Notes: generated from the sequence alone by a model not told the origin. Positions 51,148 to 62,196 are shown, counted from the stretch's first letter. The stretch is DNA of 64,000 bases from an uncultured archaeon (GCA_964388035.1 CAYLZE010000013.1:1-64000), one strand, 5' to 3'. Translations and numbers: made by a program.

Positions 51148-51876
51148 ATGTCACGATGTTTAGTAATTGGCCATAAAGGGGCTAGCAAACTTGTTCCTGA
51201 AAATACTCTAAGAGCCTTTGAGAAAGCCATTGAATTAAAAGCTGATTTAATAGAATTCGATATTCATCTTTCAAAAGATAACCATATCGTCATCATACAT
51301 GATGCAGACATTTTTAGCATTACAGGGCACCACGGATTAGTGAAAGAGATGACTTTAGATCAATTGAAACAATATGATTTTGGAAAAGGAGAGAAAATTC
51401 CGACCTTAGAAGAATTGATTGAGATAGCAAAAGGCAAAATTGGATTACAGGTAGAGATAAAGGCGCGAGGATTAGAAAAAAAATTAGTTTCCTTGTTAAG
51501 AAAAAATGATTTGATAGACTCATCGCTTATTTCTTGCTTTATCCACTCGAAATTAATAAAAATCCAAAAATTAGAACCCCATCTCAAATTAGGGGCCTTG
51601 GAGCCAGCAATCGTGGGAAGAGAACCACAAATGGAAGATTATGAGAGAATGGTAAAAAATGCGGTGGATCATAACTTTTATGCGATTCATCCCGAATTTA
51701 CTACAGTAAAAGAGGAATTGATAGAGTTAGCTCACGAAAATAATGTTAAAGTCCATCCCTGGACTGTAAATGATGTGAATGAATTAAAAAAACTTATTGA
51801 TATGGAAGTAGATGGCATCATAACGGATGATATAGAAACATTGAATCACCTTTTAGGAAGAGAATGGAAGACCTAA
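51148..51876 (+). CDS. Glycerophosphodiester phosphodiesterase (second paralog)
   Basis: GHKGAS..PENTL, IEFDI, IIHD, WTVN and DGIITD. Confidence 0.95.
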   Translation: MSRCLVIGHKGASKLVPENTLRAFEKAIELKADLIEFDIHLSKDNHIVIIHDADIFSITGHHGLVKEMTLDQLKQYDFGKGEKIPTLEELIEIAKGKIGLQVEIKARGLEKKLVSLLRKNDLIDSSLISCFIHSKLIKIQKLEPHLKLGALEPAIVGREPQMEDYERMVKNAVDHNFYAIHPEFTTVKEELIELAHENNVKVHPWTVNDVNELKKLIDMEVDGIITDDIETLNHLLGREWKT

Positions 51877-52088
51877 CTTGCTAACGCATTCTAAAAAATC
51901 TCCATTATCCGATTTTTTAATTCTGATCTGAACGGTACTTTTTTAAAGTCTTAGCTTCGCTCATGTGGTATTTTTAACCTTTTCTGGACAGAGTTGAAAA
52001 ATATAGAGTAAATGTTCTCTAGAGATAAAATATTTTAGTCTCTATCTCTTATAATATCTAAGTTTAGTTTATAGATTGAGAAGATTTT

Positions 52089-53579
52089 ATGATTGTACAA
52101 GAAAGAGAGTTACCCGACTTTGAACGTTTATTTCATCCTAGAGCTATTGGGATCATAGGTGCTTCATATAATCCGACAGGAGGCGGCTATTTTGTTCAAT
52201 GCATGCAAGGAAAATTTAAGGGAAAGATGTATCTCTTTAATCCTCATCTTAAAGGGGAAAAGCTGAACGGATATACGGTATATGGGTCTATTTTAGAAAT
52301 CCCCGAAAGTGAACCCATTGATTACGTGATTTTGGGTATTCCAGCAAAGTATTGCCCTCAATTACTTAAAGAAATTGGACAAAAAGGGGTGCCTTTTGTG
52401 ACAATTTTTGCTTCGGGATTTAGTGAAGTCGGAAAGGAAAATCTTGAGAAAGAAGTTCTATCTATTGCAAAAGAATATAATATCCGAATCATTGGTCCAA
52501 ATTGTCTCGGAGTATACGATCCCGCAGCAGGGCTCTATATTGGGAGAGATCAATCGAAAAAAGCCGGAAATTATAGTTGTATTTTTCAATCGGGAGGATT
52601 AGCAATAAATGCGGCCCAATTAGCAGTAGCTTACGGATGTTATGTCAGTAAACTTATATCTATTGGTAATGCAATTGATTTAACTTATCCGGATTTCCTA
52701 AAATACTTTTTACATGATGAGAAAACCGCAATTATTGGTCTTTATCTTGAAAATCTAAAATCTCGTGAAATTGGACGCAGGTTCATGGATATTGCACGTG
52801 AATGCAATTTGAATAGAAAACCCGTGATATTATGGAAAGTTGGGTTTGGGGAAGCGACTAAAAAAGCTATCATGTCTCATACGGGAGGTCTGGCCGGGGA
52901 TAGCAGGATATGGAAAGCGGTTGCAAAGCAAACAGGATGCTGTTTAGTAGAAAATTCCATTGAATTAGCCGCTTTAGCCAGCGCATTTAAATTAATACGC
53001 TTGCCGGTTTCGAGAAATATAGCCATTATAGGGATTGGTGGGGGTTCCACTATCGAAGCGGGAGATGTGCTTGAAAGGTATGACATAAAAATACCGCGGT
53101 TAACGGACAAGACTGTTGAAAAAATGGGACGCTTCCTGAGTGATGTAAATACCAGTTTTACAAATCCTATCGATTTAGGTGCTCAAGGTGCTTTCCCAAA
53201 TATATATTATCGGACTATCATTGCTCTTGACAAGGATCCTAACATTGATTGCATAGTGTTTGTCAAGGATCCCGAGCAATTTGGGAAGCTTGAAGAGACA
53301 TTAGTAGCTCAAATGGGATTTGAGGGAATGGATTTGAATCAGACATTCATAAAGTACATTAGCAAGGCTAAAAGGATTTGTAAGAAGCCCTTGATATGCG
53401 TGATGCTCAAAATTAATGAAGGATTTGAAGAATATAAGAGCCGTTATAAATTTAAACTGCGATTATTGAATAGAAACGTGCCTGTCTATGAGAATTTTGA
53501 TATCACTGCGAGAGTGTTAAATCACTTGAACCAGTATCGGGAATTTCTACAGAGATATAATAAATATCCTAAAAACTAA
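52089..53579 (+). CDS. Acyl-CoA synthetase (NDP-forming) alpha-subunit-like CoA-binding protein
   Basis: LFHPRAIGIIGAS, ASGFSE, IIGPNCLG, SHTGGLAG phospho-His and NPIDL. Confidence 0.9.
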   Translation: MIVQERELPDFERLFHPRAIGIIGASYNPTGGGYFVQCMQGKFKGKMYLFNPHLKGEKLNGYTVYGSILEIPESEPIDYVILGIPAKYCPQLLKEIGQKGVPFVTIFASGFSEVGKENLEKEVLSIAKEYNIRIIGPNCLGVYDPAAGLYIGRDQSKKAGNYSCIFQSGGLAINAAQLAVAYGCYVSKLISIGNAIDLTYPDFLKYFLHDEKTAIIGLYLENLKSREIGRRFMDIARECNLNRKPVILWKVGFGEATKKAIMSHTGGLAGDSRIWKAVAKQTGCCLVENSIELAALASAFKLIRLPVSRNIAIIGIGGGSTIEAGDVLERYDIKIPRLTDKTVEKMGRFLSDVNTSFTNPIDLGAQGAFPNIYYRTIIALDKDPNIDCIVFVKDPEQFGKLEETLVAQMGFEGMDLNQTFIKYISKAKRICKKPLICVMLKINEGFEEYKSRYKFKLRLLNRNVPVYENFDITARVLNHLNQYREFLQRYNKYPKN

Positions 53580-53581
53580 GT

Positions 53582-54424
53582 TCATTTGTTTTCATCAAAA
53601 ACAGTTAAATCGTCTTTTTCATGTTGGGGAGGATTTATAGGTCTCCCGGGACTCCCTTGATAATAACTTTTTTCGGGAACTCCTCTCCAATTTTTATGAA
53701 GAACAGTATTTGGATAAATAACATATCCATCTTCTATTTCGGCCCCTGGACCGGCTATAATCCCGGGATATAACGTGGTTTTTTTACCCAATTTTATTTC
53801 AAGCATGGATATTTTACCAAAAATAGAATTAACGGCATGAGAAGATAAGGCCGAGGTAGGATATATGATAGTATCATCATTAATATCTGTAAATTCCAAT
53901 CCATAATAACAATCCTCGTAAAATACTCTTTTTCCTATTTTATTATGTCCAATTCTTCTAAGTGCACGTTTGACTAACCATGGAAAGGGAGATTTTGAAG
54001 TGATCCATATCGGAAATTTAATCATGAATCCTCTTTTATGATAATATTTCATTAATTTTCCCGCTTCACTGTTTTTTTCATCTAATATTCGCTTAAACAC
54101 CCCCTGTATTGGAGGACTTTTACGATTCCAATAATTCCCCCACAAGCGACATATTTCAATCAAAATTAATAAATACATGTAATATAAGAGCATGAATAAG
54201 TTCGGAAGGATAATGAAATGAATGAAAATGGGAATAGGAAATAATCGGATAAAGATATATTCAAATGCCCAGAAGAGAGCTAAGCAGAGATAGAAAGGTA
54301 TTATAAACGTGATAAAATTGATTTTAATAAAGTCTAGAAAGGGTAAGCCAAAGGTTTTTTCTTGTTTAGCTTCCAGCTCGGTGTATTCACGTATATCTTC
54401 TCCTTTATTTGCCATGAAATTCAC
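53582..54424 (-). CDS. Membrane-associated left-handed beta-helix (hexapeptide) acyltransferase-like protein
   Basis: Two N-terminal TM helices, hexapeptide-like repeats and terminal YQGSPGR. Confidence 0.7.
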   Translation of the reverse strand: MNFMANKGEDIREYTELEAKQEKTFGLPFLDFIKINFITFIIPFYLCLALFWAFEYIFIRLFPIPIFIHFIILPNLFMLLYYMYLLILIEICRLWGNYWNRKSPPIQGVFKRILDEKNSEAGKLMKYYHKRGFMIKFPIWITSKSPFPWLVKRALRRIGHNKIGKRVFYEDCYYGLEFTDINDDTIIYPTSALSSHAVNSIFGKISMLEIKLGKKTTLYPGIIAGPGAEIEDGYVIYPNTVLHKNWRGVPEKSYYQGSPGRPINPPQHEKDDLTVFDENK

Positions 54425-54559
54425 TCTTATTGCGTTAGTACAAGTAACTTTATTATTCTATATAAAAATTATGATAATTCTTTATACGAACACTTCAAAT
54501 TAAATATGGAACAATTTTTTGAAAAATTAATTACTATTCCACATTTTATAGTATTAATC

Positions 54560-55612
54560 ATGGCTTCTGAAATTGATGCACTTACCCTCAGCATCGGTAT
54601 TATTTTGGCTTTAATTACCACGTTTTGTTTTAACTTGGCCATTGTATTGCAAAAAAAGGGATTATCAGAGGGAATGGGATTAGGATATGAAATTAAAATT
54701 GAAGAAGGATTAAAGAGCATTCTAAAATCATTTAGAGGATTGATAAAGAATAGGTTTTGGCTTGCTGGAACCGTATTGGGAATGTTGGGATGGTTTCCCT
54801 ATATAATTTCTATTGGAATGGTTGGCATCATCGTAACGGAACCAGTCATGGCAACAGGATTTATCTTTTTCGTGGTGGCGGCAAATCGAATCTTAAAAGA
54901 AAAAGTAGGTATTTTAGAGTACACGGCTATCGGGATGCTTACCATATCCCCGGTGCTTATTGCTTATGCGGGAATTTCAGATCCATATTTTGATTTAGTT
55001 AAATTCACTCCTAACTTGATTATTTTTCTAATCATAACCCTAACCGTGAGTATATTGTGCATTTTTGCTGCTCGCAAGGTGAAAAATGAAAATGTTGATG
55101 GGCTTTTAACCATGTTCGGAGGAGCCGTTCTATTTGCATTGGGTGGAATCTTTACCAACATTCTTGCTCAAGCCATTCTACAAGCAAAAATTCAAGTTAG
55201 CTGGTTTGTAGTATTCGAAATTCTTTTTTCTATTTTTTGGTTTCTTTTTACTAACGTTTATGCATATCTCTGGGTATTTTTGGGTCTATGGGGGATGGTA
55301 ATCTTTAACGTGTCAAGCATTCCTTTTTATCAAGGCGGGTTTCAGAAAGGAAAAGTACTGATAATGTATCCTATCCTGGACTCTATTGCTTTACTACTCC
55401 CAATCATGGCCGGATTATTTGTTTTTGATCAAACTTTTGCTAACATGGCATATTTTATTGTTGCTTTCATTTTCATTATTATTGGAACCATGATTTTGAG
55501 CAAGTATCAAGTTGCAATAGAAAGAATGTATGGTCCTCCTCAGAAAGAATTAGAATCATTCGATAAAGAAGACAATATTAATCAAATTAGTGAAAATGCA
55601 TCTAAAATATAA
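54560..55612 (+). CDS. DMT-superfamily (NIPA-like) transporter
   Basis: NLAIVLQKKG, NRFWLAG, RILKEK and ~9-10 TM segments. Start reassigned to ATG 54560. Confidence 0.78.
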   Translation: MASEIDALTLSIGIILALITTFCFNLAIVLQKKGLSEGMGLGYEIKIEEGLKSILKSFRGLIKNRFWLAGTVLGMLGWFPYIISIGMVGIIVTEPVMATGFIFFVVAANRILKEKVGILEYTAIGMLTISPVLIAYAGISDPYFDLVKFTPNLIIFLIITLTVSILCIFAARKVKNENVDGLLTMFGGAVLFALGGIFTNILAQAILQAKIQVSWFVVFEILFSIFWFLFTNVYAYLWVFLGLWGMVIFNVSSIPFYQGGFQKGKVLIMYPILDSIALLLPIMAGLFVFDQTFANMAYFIVAFIFIIIGTMILSKYQVAIERMYGPPQKELESFDKEDNINQISENASKI

Positions 55613-55639
55613 GATTGGAGTAAATTGTAAGATTTAAGA

Positions 55640-56602
55640 ATGTTGCTGATATCAACTATAATTCTTGGCATGGTACTAGCTATAATCGCCGCTTTTTGCT
55701 TTAATTTTGCAGTTATTCTTCAAAAATTAGGATTAAATGATATTCCTGAAGTAAATTTTGAAAAAGGTATTGGTGGTATTTTGAATTCATTCAAACTTTT
55801 TTTCCTTAATAAATTTTGGTTAGCTGGTTTTTTATTGGGAATTGCAGGATGGTTTCCCTACATAATCGCAATCGGGTTGGTAAGTGTTTTAGTAGTTTCT
55901 CCCATAATAAATATTGGATTAATTATCTTTGTGATTGCCGCAAATCGAATATTGAAAGAAAAAATTGGAAAATTAGAGTATTTTTCTATTCTTCTATTGC
56001 TGGTGGCAACAATCTTGTTAACCCTTGCTAGAATTTCGCAAGTAAATATTGATATCAATTCAATCTGGGTTTCATTCTTAATTTATTTTAGTTGTTTGAT
56101 CCTATTAAGTGGAGGATTTTTTATTTTATCAAAAATGACTAAAAAATCTCAGAAACAGGGTATTTTATTAGTATTCACGGGTGCAATATTATATTCAGTA
56201 GGAATCATATTCACTAATCTATTTACTCAATCCCTTTTGGATGCAAATGTCAATCCGCTCTTTTTTTGGGAAATCCTTTTTGGATTTTTTTGGTATCAAA
56301 CCCATTTATGGGTTTCTCTCAGCTTTTATTCCATGGTTTTTTTCAATATCGTTTCCATCATTTTTTACCAATCGGGACTTCAAAAAAATAAAGCAATTAT
56401 AATCTTTCCCATTTTTAACGCTATTACTTTGATCATACCCGTGCTTACGGGATTTTTCATATTCCATCAACGATTCGATAACAATCTCTTATTTCTCCTT
56501 TCTCTTGTTTTAATCCTCGTGAGCACCTTGATTTTAAGCCGATACCAAGGGAATATTGAAAATATTCAAAAAAGTACCCCAATGCTTTCTCGTAACCAAT
56601 AG
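55640..56602 (+). CDS. DMT-superfamily (NIPA-like) transporter, tandem paralog
   Basis: NFAVILQKLG, NKFWLAG, GWFPYII and ANRILKEK are shared with the upstream gene. Confidence 0.78.
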   Translation: MLLISTIILGMVLAIIAAFCFNFAVILQKLGLNDIPEVNFEKGIGGILNSFKLFFLNKFWLAGFLLGIAGWFPYIIAIGLVSVLVVSPIINIGLIIFVIAANRILKEKIGKLEYFSILLLLVATILLTLARISQVNIDINSIWVSFLIYFSCLILLSGGFFILSKMTKKSQKQGILLVFTGAILYSVGIIFTNLFTQSLLDANVNPLFFWEILFGFFWYQTHLWVSLSFYSMVFFNIVSIIFYQSGLQKNKAIIIFPIFNAITLIIPVLTGFFIFHQRFDNNLLFLLSLVLILVSTLILSRYQGNIENIQKSTPMLSRNQ

Positions 56603-56877
56603 AGCTAAAAGCTTCTAAGACAAAAGAAATCTATTAGTATTTTTTTTTATTATAACAATGGATCTTTTTTTACCCCTAAATCTCCGTTTTTGTAAAGAAA
56701 AAAAATCACTTATCACATTCATGCATCCTTGTTATAAAAAATCTACTAGATTGCGCAAAAATCTTTCCTTATTTTAGAGATATTAGCGATTTGATAATAT
56801 ATTTTAAATGTTTCGTCATTTACCTTTATATTATATAATAAAAAAATATTAATCTTACTTGGTGTTTAAACAAGTAA

Positions 56878-57825
56878 ATGCTTCTCTCCTCAACTCAGCA
56901 TGAGAAAGAAAGAAAGGATTTGGATGAATTTGAAGATAATAGCTCATTAACCGATTTTAAAATTGAGAAGAGAAAATGTTTTTTCTGCGAAGAAAAAGTT
57001 AATTTTTGGTTTTATTATAGAATAAACCGGTCTCTTGGTTTGGAGTTCGTTAAACAGTCTTGGAATAATATTAACACCCCAATTATTTGTAAATCTTGCT
57101 TTAATAATTTAAAAGTAAGAAATATTAAGAAATATTTAAATCAGAAACCCATCAGAAATAGAACCTGTTATCAATGCCACCAAGAATTAACTTTTTATGA
57201 ATTTTGGACTTCCAACTATGATATGAGTCCTAAAGATATAGTCAACACTTGGCAGAGTAAACATGTCGAATTACTATGCTGTTCTTGCCATTCTGAAATG
57301 GTAAGAAATGAAAAAATCAAGAACCAAATTAATAAAGCAAGAGAAATAAAGACATTATTAAATTCTTCCGAATTGGAGGCATTAGAATCAATTGAAAAAC
57401 AATTAGGAATCCCTCTTCCCTCGCTATCTCACGTTAATTATTTCGGATCGTTAGGCTTCAAGGTTTCTAATGAGGGTCACGTTTCGGGACTAAGCTTATC
57501 CAGTTGCGAACTAGCACATGTTCCTTTAGAAATACAACAATTTAATCATTTAGCATGTCTCGATTTAAGCAATAACCAATTAAGAACTTTTCCAGATTGG
57601 ATTCAAAATTTTCCTTCCTTAGAATGGATAAATATATATAATAATGAAGAGATTGAAAATTCTGTGAAATTGAAAGAAATATCTGATATACAAGAAAAGA
57701 AGCGTGGCTTTCTTATCATTTCCAAAAATCATTATGGAAATTATGATAATTCTGAATATTTATTGGGAACCCTTATTAAATTGTCTCAATTTGTAGAAAA
57801 AAAGAAATTGATTTCTGAAGATTAA
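56878..57825 (+). CDS. Tandem Zn-finger plus leucine-rich repeat protein
   Basis: CFFC..W..CKSC and CYQC..W..CCSC repeats; LRRs LSLSSCEL, LDLSNNQLRTFP and INIYNN. Confidence 0.78.
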   Translation: MLLSSTQHEKERKDLDEFEDNSSLTDFKIEKRKCFFCEEKVNFWFYYRINRSLGLEFVKQSWNNINTPIICKSCFNNLKVRNIKKYLNQKPIRNRTCYQCHQELTFYEFWTSNYDMSPKDIVNTWQSKHVELLCCSCHSEMVRNEKIKNQINKAREIKTLLNSSELEALESIEKQLGIPLPSLSHVNYFGSLGFKVSNEGHVSGLSLSSCELAHVPLEIQQFNHLACLDLSNNQLRTFPDWIQNFPSLEWINIYNNEEIENSVKLKEISDIQEKKRGFLIISKNHYGNYDNSEYLLGTLIKLSQFVEKKKLISED

Positions 57826-57850
57826 AATCTCTCTTATTTGAGAATTAATC

Positions 57851-58684
57851 TTACTCTGAAAAGAAATCAAGTAAAATTTCATTTACTTCGGGCGCATTGG
57901 ATAAAGGCGCGGAATGTCCCGCATTTTGAATCACCTTAAAAATACTATGAGGCAATCTCTCGTGCATCTCGAGCATGGTGGATTTAGGACAAAGCCTATC
58001 ATGGGATGCCGCAAGTAAAAGGACGGGAACCTTAATGAAACTTAATTTTTCTAACGTATCATGATTTGCAATTGCTGCGGCTTGATTATCTATATCTTGA
58101 TGCGTGGGAGGATCAATTGAATTTATTTTAATAAGATCTTCTACACTCCATAAGCCATGAAATTTCTTTTCAGGATTAATTTTCATCTGCTTTCGAAAAG
58201 ATTGATGGAAACCATAGGGGGCGCTGTCCCAAAACTCTTTTTCTGGATCTTTTAATAAAACCTCTAAATCCCTGTGCCTTGTCTCTTGAAAGTATTCTAT
58301 TCCTATACCCTTATAGTTAGTAAAGAGCAAAGCTGCTTTGTTCACTCTTTCTTGATGTAATAAGAGAAAATGCTGAACAATCATCCCACCAAGACTCCAT
58401 CCTGCGATATGTACTTTTTGAAGGTTTAAAAAATCTAACAAATCTGCAATATCATCCGCAAGCATTTTTAAGGTTTGAGGCTCATTGGGCCGATCAGATT
58501 TTCCTGCACCCCGATTGTCAAATCTAATGACTTTAAACTTCTCACTTAAGACTCCCGCTTGAGCAATCCACGATTCTTTTTTACTCCCAAAACCGTGAAC
58601 AAGAACCAAAGCATCCTGATTTTTTTCTCCTAAAATTTCATAACAGATGTTAATATCATTAATTTGAGCAAACTTCTCGGTCAT
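57851..58684 (-). CDS. Alpha/beta hydrolase
   Basis: VHGFG, DNRGAGKS, GWSLGG nucleophile, D (HDRL) and H (AGH). Confidence 0.93.
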   Translation of the reverse strand: MTEKFAQINDINICYEILGEKNQDALVLVHGFGSKKESWIAQAGVLSEKFKVIRFDNRGAGKSDRPNEPQTLKMLADDIADLLDFLNLQKVHIAGWSLGGMIVQHFLLLHQERVNKAALLFTNYKGIGIEYFQETRHRDLEVLLKDPEKEFWDSAPYGFHQSFRKQMKINPEKKFHGLWSVEDLIKINSIDPPTHQDIDNQAAAIANHDTLEKLSFIKVPVLLLAASHDRLCPKSTMLEMHERLPHSIFKVIQNAGHSAPLSNAPEVNEILLDFFSE

Positions 58685-58774
58685 TGATAAATACTTCCTC
58701 TTTTTTATTATTAAATTTTAACCATGAAAAAAAGAATAGTAGAGCTTTCTTTACATCCACTTTTTAACATGTTT

Positions 58775-59614
58775 TTAACCTTTTAGGAATTTGATGATAT
58801 GTTCATTGATTTCAGGTGCTTTTTCTTTTGGAGATTCGTGTCCGGCTCCTTTAATCACGACCAGTTCACTTTTTGGGATGAGTTCATGAATCTTTTCATT
58901 CATGGATCTAGGTGTTTGTCTATCTTTATCAGCACAGATGATAAGAGTTTCACTCTTCACTTCATGTAATTTATCTAATACATTATAATTCCCTAGGGCA
59001 TGTGTTTGATTAATGATATCCTCGGGCCTGGAGGGATTTATTGTGGAATCATTGATCAAGTCTTCCGCCGAAAATAATCCATGGATTACTTTGTTGGGAT
59101 CCTCTTTCATTTCTTTAATAAATGGTCGACTAAAGCCCGTAATTGCTCTATCAAAAAAAGTGGTTTTGGGATCCTTAAGTCTCGCATGATAAGATTCAAT
59201 TTGACTATTTTTATACATTTCAAGTCCCGATTTATCGGCAGGCCAACTAGGAAGAGTATTTATTAAAATGGCTTTATTTATTCTTTCGGGATATTTTATT
59301 AAGAAGGTTTGTACTATCATCCCACCGAGACTCCATCCACAAACATGTACTTTATCAAGTTTTAGAAAATCTAACAAGCCGGCAATATCATCAGCAAATA
59401 TCTCCATGGTATAGGGTTGATTGGGACGATCAGACTTTCCCGCACCCCGATTATCAAATCGTATTACCTTAAAATATTGAGAAAGGGGCTTAAATTGTCC
59501 AATCCAACTTTCCTTTTTTGCTCCAAATCCATGAACCAAAAGAAGGGGGGCTCCTTCTCCCGATATCTCATAGCAGATTTTTATTCCATTTACATTTGCG
59601 AATAATTCCGTCAT
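58775..59614 (-). CDS. Alpha/beta hydrolase, tandem paralog
   Basis: VHGFG, DNRGAGKS, GWSLGG, KDRQ and AGH. Confidence 0.93.
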   Translation of the reverse strand: MTELFANVNGIKICYEISGEGAPLLLVHGFGAKKESWIGQFKPLSQYFKVIRFDNRGAGKSDRPNQPYTMEIFADDIAGLLDFLKLDKVHVCGWSLGGMIVQTFLIKYPERINKAILINTLPSWPADKSGLEMYKNSQIESYHARLKDPKTTFFDRAITGFSRPFIKEMKEDPNKVIHGLFSAEDLINDSTINPSRPEDIINQTHALGNYNVLDKLHEVKSETLIICADKDRQTPRSMNEKIHELIPKSELVVIKGAGHESPKEKAPEINEHIIKFLKG

Positions 59615-59884
59615 AGTTTTAGATAATGCGGTATGCTTTAAATATCATGGATCTCAAAAAATGCACGAAATTTTATATATATTTGATATTTCTTAAAAGG
59701 ACTGCTAATGCACGAGAACTATTCACGATCTTACATGTCAAGATGAAAAAATCCCCCGTTTCCAATCATGAAAAAGTAATCCCCTTAAAAGAAGAAATTC
59801 AAAGGAAAATAGCGCTATTTTAAGAAAATCGATTTTGAAAGAATACTGTTGATAAGGATTTTCTTATTTATTCGTTCCCTTTTA

Positions 59885-60694
59885 TTAAATAGTTCCTGTC
59901 ATTTGTAGAGCAATCAGGCAAAGAAAATAAACTAGGAGAAAATTTCCGCTTAAAAGTCCCACATCTTTCACTCCTTTAGTAGAAGTAGTGGGTCTTCTGA
60001 ACGTATAAATGATACCTGCTGGGAAAAAAATGAAGGGAATGAAAAAATAATTGCATGTCAAAAGGACGAGCCATGATCCCAGAAAGATAGTAATTGCTGC
60101 AGAAAGAAGAATAACAATTTGACATTGCCGTAAGCTGAATTTTTGGCGAATTGCATCCCCGTCAATTACTTCATGGGTTACTTGCGCATTGAATGTAAAT
60201 GCAAGAAAGGCCATCATTAATACAAATTCTACAAAACTCAATAATGGTAATCCCGCATCGACTTTAATAATTAAGTAGGGAAGAAGCACGTGAGAAACAG
60301 CAAGCACGATATCATTTAAAATTGGAATCGGTTTAAACCATATACAATAGCCCAGAACCATGGCAATTATCATGAGAAGTAAGATAAAGTTAAGAAAATG
60401 CTCGATGCAAGTTCTGACCAATAAGGTTATCCCTAGTATGAAGCTCACTAACCCTATTGTAAATATTTCTTTGGGATGATATCCTTCCACGCGTTTAATG
60501 GTATCAGCATCATCCGGATTTCTCATGTCAATCACGTCATTCCATGTATTTCCCGTAATGGCTAAAAAAGTAAACCCCACTAATATATCCAAATACCTGA
60601 AAATGTTTAAATGATTCAAATAAATGGCAAAAAGCATTGGAATCAGCACGGAAAACGTGTAATCGAGTCTTAATAATTCAATTCTTTTCGTCAT
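59885..60694 (-). CDS. UbiA prenyltransferase family membrane protein
   Basis: LLRL, WNDVID..D first Asp-rich motif, HEVIDGD second motif and multiple TM segments. Confidence 0.8.
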   Translation of the reverse strand: MTKRIELLRLDYTFSVLIPMLFAIYLNHLNIFRYLDILVGFTFLAITGNTWNDVIDMRNPDDADTIKRVEGYHPKEIFTIGLVSFILGITLLVRTCIEHFLNFILLLMIIAMVLGYCIWFKPIPILNDIVLAVSHVLLPYLIIKVDAGLPLLSFVEFVLMMAFLAFTFNAQVTHEVIDGDAIRQKFSLRQCQIVILLSAAITIFLGSWLVLLTCNYFFIPFIFFPAGIIYTFRRPTTSTKGVKDVGLLSGNFLLVYFLCLIALQMTGTI

Positions 60695-60921
60695 TCTTAC
60701 CCTTCCTTATATACCCTTGTTGAATTTATAATAAGATGTAATTCGCATGGTAATTTTAATTATTCAAATCATCATTAATTAATAAGCTTTTTTTTGCCGT
60801 TCATTTAAAGGTAGTAGTTATGAATGAGAAAGTTGAAAATATTTTATGGATGGAAAGTAATTATAAATAAACGGTAAGATTGATTAACTCATTAACAACA
60901 AAATAGTTGGAAATCAAAACA

Positions 60922-62196
60922 ATGGATGAATTAAAACCTGTAAATTTTGAATTTTTCGATGAATTTAACGAGGACGCGTGTACGCAATGTGGAGAATGCT
61001 TCCATCAATGCCCGATCATGAAATTGCCCTTGGAACAAGCGATCCTCGAAATAAATCGCCTGATTAATGGAGAAAAAACGGAGGAAGTTTTAGCAAAATG
61101 TCAGAGTTGTTTTTCCTGTAATTTCTATTGCCCAGAAAATGCCCATCCCGCCAGCTTAATTCTTAAAAGATGGTATGAACAATATCAAGAAGAAGGACTA
61201 AAAAAAAGAGGGGCTTATTTCATGACCTTGTATCCTCATTACCCCAATTTTCGCTCGTACGTGATGGATCATTTACCCGACGACATGAAAGAATTGGTAA
61301 AAACGTGGTCGGATTTAAGTCCTTTAAAGGGAGATACATTAACTTATCCTGGATGTAATGTAATAACTTTTCCAGAACTCACGCAGACTCAAATTTTTAA
61401 AGATTTGGAAATTCGAGGTCGATTGGAATACTGTTGTGGGGAAACCCTGTTCAGGACGGGATATGCAGACAAATTAGAACAAATTACCAAACGATTGGAC
61501 AAATGGTTCAATACTCTAAAACCGAAGAACTTACTCGTTTTATGTACTGCTGGTACGAATGTATTCAAGAATGTCCTTCCGCATTATGGATTAACCTATA
61601 AATTTGACAGCATCAAATCCTATGTTCAGTATATCTGGGAGAAAATCGAGAAAGGAGAAATCAAAGTTAAAGAAAAATTGAACATGACGGTCACCATTCA
61701 AGAATCGTGTTATGGTAAGATGTTTGGCGATGAATACATGGATTTACCCCGAAAAATATTAAACTTTTTAGGAGCAGAAGTAATTGAAATTGAAGCTTGC
61801 AGGGAAAACATGCGTTGCTGTGGAATCGGGGGTGGTTTTTCCGTTGATTCTGCTTATCATCCCATGAGCCTTATTAGTTCGGGAAAGCGCAATTTGAAAG
61901 AATTTAGAGAAACTAAAGCGGAAGCCATTTGCGTGTATTGTGCAGGATGCTTGGCCACGTTAAATGGAGTCCAGAAGATGGTATTTGGAAAGAAGATGAA
62001 AATATACCACATTATTGAATTAATTCAAAAAGCGACAGGTGAAGAGCTTTCCTTAACGGAAAATGCAAAAAAAGAAAGAGCCAATCATTTTTTCTGGGGA
62101 ATCATGCAGAAGCAAATGCCAAAGATCCTTTCGGGAAAAACGTTCAAAATAGCAGATATCCCCGTAGATCCTCCTAGTTATGATAAAGCTTATTAA
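60922..62196 (+). CDS. Fe-S protein of the HdrD/GlpC type (2x[4Fe-4S] plus CCG domains)
   Basis: CTQCGECFHQCP, CQSCFSCNFYCP, YPGC, CCG twice and CAGC. Alternative start at TTG 60907. Confidence 0.9.
   Translation: MDELKPVNFEFFDEFNEDACTQCGECFHQCPIMKLPLEQAILEINRLINGEKTEEVLAKCQSCFSCNFYCPENAHPASLILKRWYEQYQEEGLKKRGAYFMTLYPHYPNFRSYVMDHLPDDMKELVKTWSDLSPLKGDTLTYPGCNVITFPELTQTQIFKDLEIRGRLEYCCGETLFRTGYADKLEQITKRLDKWFNTLKPKNLLVLCTAGTNVFKNVLPHYGLTYKFDSIKSYVQYIWEKIEKGEIKVKEKLNMTVTIQESCYGKMFGDEYMDLPRKILNFLGAEVIEIEACRENMRCCGIGGGFSVDSAYHPMSLISSGKRNLKEFRETKAEAICVYCAGCLATLNGVQKMVFGKKMKIYHIIELIQKATGEELSLTENAKKERANHFFWGIMQKQMPKILSGKTFKIADIPVDPPSYDKAY

Noticed and set aside
54362-54559. N-terminal extension of the first DMT gene
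   Set aside because: It overlaps the divergent gene, and the tandem paralog aligns from about ATG 54560.
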